DNA of 64,000 bases, from positions 186,001 to 250,000 of the forward strand of contig JAIVFI010000027.1 in NCBI GenBank assembly GCA_025558095.1, given 5' to 3'. The position numbers and the translations under genes were made by a program. The stretch comes from Hyaloraphidium curvatum SAG 235-1 (Eukaryota; Fungi; Monoblepharomycota). Shown here one piece after another: positions 42,977 through 55,154 of the stretch. Positions within the stretch are counted from its first letter, which is position 1; each line of letters opens with the position of its first letter. The notes beneath the pieces were generated by a model. It ran no database searches. It saw nothing but the letters and a program-made list of their open reading frames with translations, and had not been told where the DNA came from.

Positions 42977-44744
42977 TTAAGTCATCTTAGCGTTGATGTG
43001 CAGGTATACCTGCGCAGCGGTGTTGAGCATGCTGTCCGAGCTCCGACGCGGGCGTTTGGCCTCCGGGGTCGCGGCGGCGCCTCCGTCATCATCCTGCTCC
43101 CGAACCCGCTTCTTCGGACGACGGCGTTTGGCCTCCGGGGCCGCGGCCGCGCCGCCCTCGTCATTCCGCCCCCGAATCCGCTTCCTCGGACGAGGGTGGT
43201 TGGTCTCCGGGGCCGTGACCGCGACGCCCTGAGTATCCCCATCCCGAACCCGCTTCGTCGCACCGGCCTCCTTCGCAGCCAGCTGGATGCTCTCGACATT
43301 CATGGCTTTGATCGACTTGTCCGCCCGAGCAAGGCGCGCGAGAAACACCTGCGCCCGGAAGCGCTCGGCCGGAGGCAAGCGGAGCACGGATGCCGACAGA
43401 TCCGAGGCGTTGGGCGTCTCTCTTCCTTCGATGGTGTCGGCCACAGCGAGCTTCAAGTCCGCCGGCGTCCAGGAGCGGCTAGTGGCGGTGGTGCGGCCGA
43501 CCGTTTCGTAGAACAGCTTGTGCTTCTCGAGTCGCTTGCCGGCGAGTGAGTCCGGGTGGTGTTTCGGCGGGACTGGTCTCATGCATATGCCGGAATTGTG
43601 GAGCGCTTCCTTCAGGCGCTGCTTTCCCACGGCGATGATCTGATCGTACACTCCAAAAACCGAGGTCGGAAATGTTGACAGATCGAGGCGGCTTCGAGAG
43701 GGCTTGCGCTTGCCGGAGCCGTCTGGGCAACCGTGATGATGCTCGATTCCGATCATCAGCCCTCCCCCAGCCTTGTTGGCGTCGCCAAAGAATCGGCGCA
43801 GGAGGCCCAACCGATCGAGGAAGAAGAGGTGCTGGCCTTGGCCAAGTGAAGATGAAACTCCCGTACGCCGATTCTCCAGTATCGCGCATTCATCACCCTT
43901 CAACTCGCAGGTGAGGTACACTGTGCAAGGCCACTCCTTCGCGAGCACGGGGTGCTCGGCACAGAGTTGGGAGGGGGTGCGGAGGAGGTGGTCGATGTCG
44001 TGGTTGTCCGCGGGATCGTGGGCGGCTCGCGACTCCGTCCGCATGGTGATGCTCTTCTGAGTGTTCACTGAAAGCAGAAACTTCAGCTGTTAAAATTTCG
44101 GCGAGGCCAGATAGACCCACAATGATGCGAGTTCTTGATGCCTGATGCCGTCACCCACGACACTTTTTCTTGCTGTCCCGTGCGCGGATTGAACACATCG
44201 ACTTTCCTCTTGACCTGGAAGCGTCGCGCAGATGAGCTACGATGGAGAGGAGGAGTCCTCCCACTCTGTGATCTCACCTCGTCACGCTGACGATCTGCAC
44301 TCCCCGGCGCAAGATTGCTTGCCAAACCTGCCGCTTGCGAATGCGTCAGGGTAAGCTTGCCGTCGGGCGAAGTGGCGACGATGGAGTTGGCCTGGAAGGG
44401 GTGGAGGATCGTGTCAGGACGCGATCACCGTCAAGGCTCGCAACGAAGCTCACGATCCGCGACTGGGCTTCGGAAAGCACCTCTCGGAGCACAATTCCGT
44501 GGCCGTTGAGCTTCCTTCCGAACTCTGCGGTCCCCATGCGGTCCGACATCTCGAGGAGGACGGGATGAAGCTTCCCGTACTCGAACCTGTTTGACTTTGG
44601 CGATTGATACGTGCGCTGGAGCTCTCGCAGGGCTTCCGCGGTCATGGCGGGCTCGGACGCTCTTCCCGTCGAGCCATCCTCGCCATCACTAGATTCAACA
44701 GGAGGCAGGGTATCCGGTGCCGCGTCAGGCCCGATGCCGCACAT
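42977..44744 (-). CDS. Hypothetical protein, 4 exons, with C-terminal basic tandem repeats
   Basis: Three canonical introns (GTGAGC..CAG, GTGAGA..CAG, GTGGGT..CAG) join ORFs 44346..44744, 44083..44325 and 42977..44068 with matching phases. Confidence 0.7.
43052..43260. repeat. ~72-bp imperfect tandem repeat x3 (coding; PE(A/T)KR.R..KRVR units)
   Basis: GCGTTTGGCCTCCGGGG recurs at 43052 and 43124, with a degenerate copy at ~43196. Confidence 0.85.
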
Positions 44745-46074
44745 GGCTTCGAGTGTCGATCACGAGAGGCGCCTCGAAACGAAGCGGTCGAAACCCCTAT
44801 GACACAGCAAGGGAAGTCATCAGCGTCGTCATGAGGCATATCCGGCGCTCGATGCGCACCTTGAGCAGAGCCAACGGGAAGTCAAAACGCGACCTGGGCG
44901 GGGACAGCCAGGGGCTGTAAGTGAGGGAGGAAGCCCCCGTCCCGACGCGGTTCGAGGATTGATGGTTTCAGGACGACCGCGTGTAGAGGTTCTTTCCGGT
45001 GAATGAATAAGCCGGACGTCAACTGCCCCTCGGAAGAAAAGCGTGTTTTCGGCGCGTCGGAGCAAGCGTCTCGCCAAACAACACGCTCCAGGAGGCGCAC
45101 CCCGGAAATGCCGCCGAACAAGCCTAGTGCTCTGGGGCTCAAAAGCCAAGGCGCCTAGCGTCTTTGCCCGACCATGCCGGGCCGCCTTCGCGTCGCGAGC
45201 GGTCGCGACGGGAGGCCGAAGTCGGCGACCAGCGGGCGCCCATCGTCGCGTAGAACGGGCTCGGTTGGCCCCGGCGAACACCGAAACCCGCGGAGCTTGT
45301 CGGTTCCGCGGGGCTCATGAGGTCCGTCGGGGTCACTGAGGTTCCTTTGGGTGTTCCGAACCGGTGACTGTGCCAGGGAGCCGCGATCTCGAAGGCGCGG
45401 AAAACTTCGGCCTGCGGGGGTTTTTGGACCGCGAAACACGTCTGCAAAGCTATGAGTGCCATTGCTGCTTGGAGGAAAGCTCATTGGGACTTTATGACGC
45501 GTGTGGCCGCTCTGGTTTCGCCGAACTGGTTGACATGTCGCCGACGACCAGTCCGGCGTCAAAGACGACGGAAAAGCTCCTCAAGAAAGCTCGTTGGATG
45601 CTTTAGCAAGACGTCTTCATTGGATTGCTCTCGGTTTCGCAGTGCGCGTGGCGGCATTGGGGACTTCCGATGCTGCTCCGAGTTCTGCGTCGCCGAAACG
45701 ACTTGGAGGTGTTCGAGAGCAATTGCATCGCCTCATCAGAGGGGATCATCCTTGAAGGATCGCGTCGGGTAGCGCTCCCTGCCACGACCTTCGGCGGCGT
45801 GTTTGCCGAGCCCGACACCCCGATCGAGGCCCGCGAGACTATCCCCAGTGATCATGAACCGAGAACGACGACATTGTAGCTCGCTCTAGCGAGTGCAAGT
45901 TGTCTGCGCCCCATTCCGGTCTCAGGTGCAGAAAAGATGAGCGCTGGTGGAGGTGGGGCTCGTTCCCCGGGCCGTCGATGGTCGGCGTGCCATGCGCCCA
46001 GCAGCTTCGCACACGACTTTAGGGCAACCCTCGGACCTGTACCAGGCAAAACGGAGAGTGCCTGTCGTTGCCAG

Positions 46075-46155
46075 TGCTGGAGGTGGGGCTCGAACCCACG
46101 CGCCTTTCGGCAGGAGGACTTAAATCTCCCGAATTGACCACTCTTCCACTCCAGC
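46075..46155 (-). tRNA. tRNA-Leu(UAA)
   Basis: Acceptor stem GCTGGAG/CTCCAGC with discriminator A; D-arm GAA-GAGTGGTCAA-TTC; anticodon loop TT-TAA-GT; long variable arm GCC-GAAA-GGC; T-arm GTGGG-TTCGAGC-CCCAC; downstream TTTT. Confidence 0.9.
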
Positions 46156-46612
46156 AGACTTCCAATCCCTTGCGAGTGCGCGTTGTCAAGTGGGGATCGC
46201 CCACGAAATCCGGGGAATCGGTCACCTTGAAGTGCGCTCGGTACTCGAATACGGCCCCTATGTCGTTATCAGAGCTCGCTAGAAGCATGCAGATGTACTG
46301 TTGAATTGCCCACCTTCCCCTCCGATGGAGGAGGACACCCACCCAAGAGCCTGGAGCCCCTCCCAAACCCGTCCTCTTCCGACCCGGACCTCTCGCAACA
46401 CCCCATCCTTCCATCCAACGTAGCTCCATGCCATTAGCCGACAACACGTGCACCATTGCCACAAACACGACCGCCGGGTATCCGATCCGGTCATCCGATC
46501 CGGGTATCTCCAAGCCCTGCCCTCCGCCTGCCCTCGGCCCTCCCTCGCCTCCTCCTCCGTTCTCCCTCGGTCCCTCCGTCCCTCGTCTGCCAACCCACCC
46601 CATGCCACCCCG

Positions 46613-47403
46613 CTAGTCATCTCCGGCAGGAACCTGCGGAGGGCGCGCCTCGAAATCAGCCGAGGCATTTCGCTCTCCCTCGCCGCCATTGCCCACCTCC
46701 TCCTCCAGTACCCTGACGAGCTTGACCCTCATCTCGGTCGTGTCGTCGCCCCGCAGCGTGTCCGAGACAAAGTTGCACTCGACCTGCAGCTGGACCATCT
46801 CGCAGGCCCCGCGCACGACCCCGCACAGCAGGTTCGAGTACCACAGCCCCTCCTTGACCGCGTCCTCGGGCAGCTCCACGAACTCGGCCAGCGGATTGGA
46901 CGTCCCCGTCGCGGGATCGTCCAGCAGGATGGAAAACTCCTTCATGTCGGCCGACCAGTTGGCGACCGGGGGCGAGATGCCGAGGAAGAGCTTGAACCCC
47001 ATCTGCGGCCACCCGGTCCTTCAGCGGTCCGCACACCCTCCCGCACGCCACCCATCGTTACCTTGGCGATGACCTCGGCGGTCTCGCGCAGGTCCGCGCA
47101 GCGCCCGAGGTTCGTCCGCGCGAGAAAGTCCTCGATGAGCCGCGTCCCGATGTTGTACCCCATCTTTTCCAGCTGCTTGTTGACCTCGCCGTATTCTTCG
47201 TAGTCCCGCATCAGTTGCACGACGACGGAGCCGTACGTGAGCGTAAAGAGCTCCGCGTTCTGGGCCCCGGCGGCGGCGGCGTGCGGACTACGCGTCAGAC
47301 CGGCGCTCGGGAAGCGGAACACGCCGCAGCTCACGATCTTCTCGACCTTTGTCTTCCAAAGATCGTCTGCCTGGCGCTGGAATGATTGCTTGCTGGCCGC
47401 CAT
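46613..47403 (-). CDS. BET3: TRAPP complex subunit Bet3/TRAPPC3, 3 exons
   Basis: KVEKI|[41 protein letters not shown]...[29 protein letters not shown]. Confidence 0.97.
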
Positions 47404-47587
47404 ATCGTTGAGGGCCGAGCGACGACAACGTTGACCGATCGCGCGACGGTCCGCGCGATCACGGCGTGAACCCGGCCGGAGTTGCGGTTGTACTCCTTCC
47501 GGGTCCCTGCAGACGGTGTAGATTCCCTCGAACACGGACGAGGAGGATTCCTGTGGCCAGTTCCGGCCCGAGAACCGCGGCGGACGG

Positions 47588-48052
47588 ATGTCGGAGCGGA
47601 GCCTCATCAAGTTTGTCTTGAAGGACCAGTTCGATGCCACCCACGCGAGGGAGGACTACCTCGGCAGCGTTCTGATCGTTCTCGGAGGGGATCGGGAGGG
47701 CTCCAAGCACACGGCAGTGATAGCGAGGGCGATTCTTGCGGAACTGGACAAGAATCCGGACGCGGCCGCGCTGAAGGACAAGCTGAAGTGGCTCCCCGTG
47801 GCGGACCTCCGCATCGTCCCGAGCCTTCTTCGCTGGGCCGTCAAGGCCTTTTTGCCCTCGAATCCGGCCGAGAAAGTCGCCTTGGACTGGTCGGGCGTCT
47901 TCCACGCGGCCTACCAGTGGAAGGACTCGCTGGCGAACGCCATGATCTTTGGCAAGGACGGTCGCCTGCTATACAGCAACGCCTTGGCGGAGCTGAGCGA
48001 CGAAGAGCGGGACAAGATGGTCGCGATCATCGTCGAGGCACTTAGAGCTTGA
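47588..48052 (+). CDS. Thioredoxin-like fold protein lacking Cys (YtfJ/ATP10-like; bacterial-type, intronless)
   Basis: F.LKDQFD..H...VLIV.GDREGS...VADL..VP....LDWSG...IFGKDGRLLY. Confidence 0.65.
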   Translation: MSERSLIKFVLKDQFDATHAREDYLGSVLIVLGGDREGSKHTAVIARAILAELDKNPDAAALKDKLKWLPVADLRIVPSLLRWAVKAFLPSNPAEKVALDWSGVFHAAYQWKDSLANAMIFGKDGRLLYSNALAELSDEERDKMVAIIVEALRA

Positions 48053-48539
48053 CTCGTCGCGCAACCAGCTCGGACGAGGCTCGCGTACATCTTCATTGAT
48101 TATGTACATCTAGAAGGGTGCGTTGCCAGTCATTTTTCACTTGCCCTGGACGGGGTGTGGGGAGATTCAGCTCGTCCGACATGCCTTGCCCCCCAGGGAT
48201 CGTCCGGCACCCGCCCTCAGTCAGTTGAGAAGACCGGAGGGCCCCAAGCCGTGCCCTCCACACCGGCTTGCCGCCCGCGTCACTGCCAGACGACTGCTCT
48301 CTATCCTCCGGCTCGATGGCAGGTGCGTTTCGGCCAGAACCCCCGGCGCCGGGGCCAGTAGAGGGTGACCGAGGTCGCGGCGGGAACCGGCTTCGCACCG
48401 CCCAAACGGCGCCGAACCACCGTCTGCGGCCGCAAGCCGGCTCTTTGGATTAAGCGTCAGAGGAAAGCGGCGTCGGGTTCATTGTTGGCGGTCGTCGTGT
48501 TCTGCGGGACTGCGGAGGCGAACCGGGCCAGACACGGCG

Positions 48540-50141
48540 ATGCCGCTTTCCTCCGACACGCCAGCCAAAGACCCGCTGCTTTGGTCGGGCACTCGGTGCT
48601 CGTTTGATCTGCGCGTGAGCCACCCTGACGGACCATTTTCTCCCCCAGAAGATGCGGCGGAGTTGGTTCCTCCCGGCGCTCCCCAGGATCCGGCGTGGGC
48701 AGCAGGCGCAGGAGATCTGCCCAACCTCGGCGCTCAAGGGCTTCCCGAGGGACCAGACGGTGCGCCCGGAGCGACGGGGATTGCGGGGAAAGGGAAACGC
48801 AGGGTTGTCGACCCCGAGGCTTCGGATGTGCGACCTGGGGCCGTGGGTGCCAGCCTCTTGCCTCGCCTTCCAAGTTCTCATCCCTTCGCTTCTCTTGCTT
48901 CATAATGGCCGTTGCAGTCGCCGAAGAGGGTTCGTTCGGCTTCGCCTTTGCCGCGGGACCTTTCGGAAGACGTGCAGATCCCGCCGAATGCCGGACCGCT
49001 GCTGGACGTCTCGGGTGCTGCTTCCGCTGCTTCGGACGAGAGCCACGTGAATGACTTGACCGGTTCGACGCCGGATCGGCCAGTTCGAGGCAAGCAAACC
49101 CGCCGCAGCGAAAGGCGCAAGGGTCGTGGTCTTGCAACCCATGCTGGTCCTGCGTCACTGGATCTGACGGGTGATTCGAACGCGGCCAGCTCGAGTGGAC
49201 CAGCGGTCGAAGAGGATTTGCCGCTGGCGACCCGTCGATCGAGACAGCCGGCTGCCCGGATCCGCATTCGACCACCCGCGGCCTCCGCCGCTTCCTCGGC
49301 ACTTCCGCAGCATGCCGGTGGCCCGGAGGCCGGAGCAGCGGCAGCGCAATTGCCTCCACCGGCACCGGGAAGTCGAAGGCAGGAGCCTGCGGGCCAGGTG
49401 GTCGTTGATCTCGACTCGGACGTCGAAGAGCAGGGAGGCGGACTTCCGGAACCGGGGCACCGCTCGGCGAGCGTGGGCCAGCGCCAAGACTTGTCGAGAC
49501 GGCAGCAAGTACGGCCGCAGATCGGGACTGTGGACCTCACTGCGATCGAGAGCGACGAGGAATCCGACGGAGGAACCGGGGGCGGGCAGGGACCAAACAC
49601 CATGATGCAGGATACCCGGAACGCGACCCTGGACCGCATAGCCAGCACGTTCACGAGCATCTTGTCCAACGTGTTGGGAGGCAATCGGCGTGCGGCAAGC
49701 GTGCTGCCCGGAACCAACGTCGGAAACGGCGGCAACCAGGTGGTCGTGATCGACGACAACGAAGATGACGAGATCGAGATCACCTCGATCCGGATCGCGC
49801 AGCCCCGCTCGAGGCCTGCGGCCAGGCTACCGCCGGTCGCGGCGCCAGCGCCGGCACGGACGGCATCCGTACCCCCTCCCCGAGTCTCGGAGAACTTGCT
49901 CGCACAGATACAGGCCCTCGCTGCCGAGGAAAAGGCGGCAAACAGGGTCGAGCTGCGTTGCGCGATCTGCCTGTCGCTGCCCAGCGAGGGGACGCAGCTC
50001 TCGTCGACCGTGTGCGGACACATCTTCTGCGAGGATTGCATCAAGGGAGCGCTCACGGCCAAGGGGGCAGCCGGGAAGAAGTGTCCGGTCTGCCGGAAGA
50101 GCATCGCAGCGAAGAACGCGGTACACCGTCTCTACTTGTAG
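48540..50141 (+). CDS. SUMO-targeted ubiquitin ligase-like RING protein (RNF4/Rfp/Slx8-like)
   Basis: C-terminal C3HC4 RING (CAIC..CGHIFCEDC..CPVC..RLYL). Multiple SIMs (SLDLT, VVVDLDSD, TVDLT, VVVIDD, EIEIT). An intron ~48828-48917 joins ORF 48540.. to 48912..; start uncertain. Confidence 0.82.
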
Positions 50142-50317
50142 GCTGACGTCATTACATTTCTGAGCGTGCTTTGCCATTTTCCAGGATGCCTTCTTGTCCA
50201 GGTCTTGCAGTTCAAGTATTCAGGCAACGAGAAAGACAATGCGATTATCGCCAAAGATGGTACATCCGGGTATGACAGTCAAGGCCACGTATCAAAGGTT
50301 TCAAACGCAAAACATCC

Positions 50318-51064
50318 TCAGCCACTGGGCGAAGGAAGCCGGACTCCCTGTTCCCCTTCCACCTCAACATCGTGTGCTCCCTTCAGCGCCCCGTGCTCAT
50401 GCTTTCCGTCTAGTTCTCCGGCAGATGATCGAATTCGAACCATCTTGATCCGATTGATTTGGTTCGGGTCACCCTCCCACGTCCGCACGAAGGCCAAGTT
50501 CTTCACGTCGGTGAAATCGGGCACCTCTGGAGGCAACGAGTGAGACAGCCGTCGAGCTGGTGAGGAATGCAAGACTCGCACCGACTCCAACGTTGTACTC
50601 GTCCAGCTCCGATTGTCTGAGTGCCTCCAAGTTCGCGAGCTTCGACGGTTTCGGGCGCCCTTTCCGGAGCTGCTTCGTCAAGGCCTCAATCTGATCATCG
50701 TTCCTGGCTATGTACCTGGATGAAATGCGACGTTAGCAAGTCCCGGGGATCGCCTCGCCGAACGAACATTGCAATCAGCTCGTGGAGGTCTCCCCTGGAC
50801 GCAACCGCAACCTCGTCCGGCAACGCAAACTTGAACCAAACCAGGCGCTCGGCAGCCTTGCTGCGCTGCTTGCTGGCCATTGCTGCCTGCTTGGCTATCT
50901 TCTCCGTGCGCAGGGTAGCCCTTGCCAGCTGCGTTGCTTTCCGGGAATACGGGTGGGCCTGCTCGGGATTCTTGACATTCTTGGGGTTCTTGATGGCATT
51001 GTTGGGCTGCAACAAGGTGCCTCGTCAGGATACAGGGCCCATGGAGCCACAGAGCACGCACCAT
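50318..51064 (-). CDS. TMA16: Translation machinery-associated protein 16, 4 exons
   Basis: HPYSRKATQLARA.LR, RLVWFK, YIARND..I..L, EY..G..VPD, W.GD. The first coding exon is ATG only. Confidence 0.9.
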
Positions 51065-51290
51065 CTTGGGAACCAGCTGTTAGTGATTATTTGTTTGGAC
51101 CCGCGCCGCTCCCGCCACGTTCGCGCGTTGTCGCCGCCTTCTTGCCCGGTTCAAACCTGGCAGAAGCCGACACCTGCCACGGCCCCCTACGGCATGATTA
51201 GCATTTAATTGGACGCCTTGCCGCGAGGAACGCTCCCTTTTGGGGCACCAACCCAGACGTGCCCAACTCCGCCGAGCGCGGTCGCCCGAA

Positions 51291-54200
51291 ATGAGTGACG
51301 ACAGTTCCCTCCGCCGCCGCCGCGGAGGCACACCCGCCCCCGCGACGCCGACAGGGAAACGCACGAATGCCCCGGAACTGGTCGGTTGGGGTGTACGGAA
51401 GTGCTGGGCAACGCTGACGCGAGACGCGTCTGAGCAGAAGGTTGCTCCCAAGCCGGTGCCAAAGACCTGGTGGAACTCGCAAACCGAGGCTCTGCGGTGG
51501 AATATCATACTTCTCGTGTTCCTTTTCTTTGGCGTCGGAACTCGTTTCTGGAAGATTGGCCTGCCCCAGGAGGTCGTGTGAGTTCGAACGTGGAGTCACG
51601 CAGCGTTCGCTGCTGACTTCCCTCTCACGGAAAGCTTCGACGAGGTGCACTTCGGCAAGTTCGCCTCCTACTACCTCCGGCGAACCTACTTCTTCGATGT
51701 CCACCCGCCTCTGGGCAAGATGCTGATCGCTCTCGTGGGCTGGATGGTCGGATACAACGGCCACTTTGATTTCGACAATATCGGGGACGACTACGTCAAG
51801 AACAACGTGCCCTACGTTGCCCTCCGAAGTCTGTCTGCCATTCTCGGTGGCCTGCTGGTGCCGCTGGTGGTGGACCTCGGCCGGCGCCTTGGATTTGGGA
51901 TGGGAGCCAGCGTGCTCGCCGGAGCCATGGTCCTTTTCGGTGAGCCGATTCGTTGGACATCCTTTTCTGCCATGGTTGATCGCTCGTTTGCTCCAGACAA
52001 CGCCCTGATTTCCCAGTCGAGGCTCATTCTTCTCGACTCGATGCTCATCTTCAATACCATCTTGGCCGCGTACTGCTGGGTCCGGTTCTTCAACGAACGT
52101 CACAGGTATGTCTAGCTATCTCACGCTCGGCAAGCAGATGCTGAACGCACACGGTTTCGTTCAGTCCCTACAGCAAGAAGTGGTGGGGCTGGATTTTCGC
52201 CACCGGATTCATGCTGGCTGCGGCGATGGGGTTGGTATCGCGCCGCATTTGTTTCTTGCACCCTTGCTGAGTCAATCGTTCCGCAGAATCAAGATGGTCG
52301 GGCTCTTTGTTGTCGCTCTCGTCGGGATTGCCACGCTCGTCGATCTGTGGCGTCTGCTGGACTGGCGGCGCGGCATGAGCATCGTATGTTGGAAGCTGAA
52401 CTGTGGCGTTTCCTGGGTCTCACATAGCTGCGTTCCGCAGAACGCGTTCGTCGGTCACTTCATGGCACGAGCCCTCGGCCTCATCGTCGTACCGCTGTTC
52501 TTTTACATGTTTTGGTTCTGGCTCCACTTTACCATTCTCATCCGAAGCGGGCCCGGGGACGCTTTCATGAGCCATCGCTTCCAGTCTGAGCTCAAGGGCG
52601 GATCGGCCGTCAGCAACAGCTATCCCGTCCCGTACTACACCAACGTCACCATCCGACACCTGACCACATCGGTCTTCCTCCACTCTCACCTGGACCGTTA
52701 CCCCCTGCGCTATGACGACGGCCGGGTGTCGTCGGCAGGCCAGCAGGTGACAGGCTACCCGCACAAGGACATGAACAACATCTGGATCATGGAGCCCGCG
52801 GATCCGCTCATCTACCACAACGCGACCAAGATCCATCCGGATGACGAGAAGTCCGGCGTACGTTTCGTGCGGAACGGGGACATCGTGCGGTTGCTGCACC
52901 TCATGACCGGCTCGCGGCTCATCACGCACGACGTTGCTAGCCCGCTCATGTCCACGCACATGGAAATGACCACCATACCCGCAGAGGACGATCCGCGCCG
53001 TTACGAGGAAACCCTATGGAGGGTCGAGGCCGAAAACCTTGCCAAGGGGAACCGGATCCGGAGCGTGAGCATGTACGTAAAGCTCGTCAACGTCTTCCAC
53101 AAGGTCGCCGTGCACACCCACACGGGCGCCCTCCCTCCGTGGGGTTTTGGACAGCAGGAGATCAACGGGAACAAGAACCTGAATGAGAGGGCGAACCAGT
53201 GGTTCGTCGAGGACGTTCAAGTCGATTACGAGGACGACAAGCCGCAGCAGCGTGTTGCGCGGTCGGTCGGAATCTTTGCCGAAGCCGCCGAGGTCGGCGA
53301 GGAAGAGGTGGAGGAGGAAGAAGATTGGAAGCCCGATGAGGACAGCGAGTACGATCCGAAGACGCTGGTGCACACCCCCGCGACGGCAACCGGGGCTCCC
53401 AAGGCCGCCGGAACGCAGAGCTCGCAGCTCGACACGGCAACGTACGCGGAGGAGGCGGCTGACCCGAACGCGATCCGGATGCGGTCGGAAGTCATCATCA
53501 AGCACGTCAGGACGAACGGCTTCCTGCACTCGCACAATGAGCGGTACCCCCTCCGCTACGAGGACGGGCGCGTTTCCTCCCAGGGACAGCAAGTCACGGG
53601 CTACCTGCATCGCGACGATCCCAACAACAGGTGGCAGATCGTTCCCGTCACGGCGCCGTTCCCGAACGCGCCGGGTTGGCACCCCGCGGACGTGGAGGCG
53701 AGGAAGCGTATGCTGCGCGACGGCGATCTCGTCCGCCTCCGCCACGTATCTTCGGACTCGTACCTGATCACGCACGACGTGGCGTCGCCCTCGATGAAGA
53801 CCAACATGGAGATGACGGTGGCGAAGGACCCCGAGGCGCAGGCGCGCTTTGCCGAAACCGTCTGGCGGGTCGAGGTGATTCCGACCAAGCTGACTCCCGG
53901 CGGGAAGCCAGTGGTGTGGAAGTCGACCCGCCAGCGGGTGCGGAGCGGAGTCGGACAGCAGATCCGGCTGGTGAACGCGAATCACAAGGTCGCAATCTTC
54001 TCGCACGCCAAGGTGTTGCCCAAGTGGGGTTTCGGACAGTTCGAGATGAACGGGAACAAAGAAGTGCAGGACGCAGGCGGGAACGCGTTCACGGTGGAGG
54101 ATGTGTTTGCATCCTCCATGGCCGACGAGGATCAGGAAGGTGAGGCTGCGATATAGTTCAGCTGCTTCGGCGGGGGCTGACAGTTTGTTCAGTGGTGCCC

Positions 54201-55034
54201 AAGGAACCAGCGCCGTTGGTCGATCAAGGTCCCAAGATTCCACGTGTCAAGATCAACCGGGCTGCGCTCAAGGAAACAATGAAGTCAAAGCCTGTGGCCA
54301 AGATGGGCTTCCTGGCCAAGTTCTTGGAGTTGCAGTCGCTCATGATCCATCACAACGCGGGGCTCACAAAGGCCCACCCGTACCAATCGACTCCCATCAC
54401 CTGGCCGACGTTGTACCGTGGCATCAGCTTCTGGGAGCGCAAGGGCCCGCCGACGTGGCGGCAGATCTACTTGCTCGGGAACCCGCTGGCGTGGTGGATG
54501 GCGATCGCGGGCGTCGGCTTGTTTGCGCTCGTTTGGCTGCTGGATCAGATCCTGCTGCGCAAGGGCGTCGACGAGTTTGGCTACGTAGCCCGGAGGTTCT
54601 TCAACCGGAGTGTCGGCTACGTGGCCCTCGGCTGGGCGCTCCACTACCTCCCGTTCTACATCATGGGCCGCTCGCTTTTCCTCCACCACTACCTCCCGGC
54701 CTACGTCTTCAGCTGCCTCACGACGGCCGGCACGATCGAGTTCCTCATCAACGTCGTGCCCAAGATGCCTCAGGTCGTTTTCGGCGACGATGGCGTGAAG
54801 CCTACCGAGGACGAGTGCCGAAAGCAGTGGGAGGACGATCGGCGGCTGGAATCCGTGCGCCGCATTCCCTGGCGCACGGGCCGCAGCTGGTGGATCGCCG
54901 TCTGGGTTCTGTCGGCAGTGTTTGCCCTGACGTTCTGGCACTTTGCGATGGTCACGTACGGTGACCCCGTGACGGACGTTGAGTTGATCAAGAAGCGGCA
55001 GTGGTTGACCAGCTGGGATCTTCAGTTCATCTGA
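51291..55034 (+). CDS. PMT4: Dolichyl-phosphate-mannose protein O-mannosyltransferase, PMT4 subfamily, with duplicated MIR domain
   Basis: VVFDEVHFGKFASYYL.RTYFFDVHPPLGK; SRLILLD; K.VGLF; SGPGDAFMS; LHSH..RYPLRY(D/E)DGRVSS.GQQVTGY occurs twice; HPYQS.P..WP; QIYLLGNP; HYLPF..MGR.LFLHHYLPA. Confidence 0.93.
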
Positions 55035-55154
55035 GGACGCGGCCAGCTCTGTGCGCACGCTGAATACAGCTGGATGCTGTGCTAGTGTCTAGCGTCCGCT
55101 TGTGATGAGTCTGCCACTACTGGGGAGCGCGAGCGCCATCTCCCAACGGACGCG

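Noticed and set aside
46075-46155. tRNA as tRNA-Sec or an ochre suppressor
   Set aside because: It has a 7/5 cloverleaf, Leu-type variable arm and A73. The only well-paired register gives anticodon TAA, not TCA or TTA.
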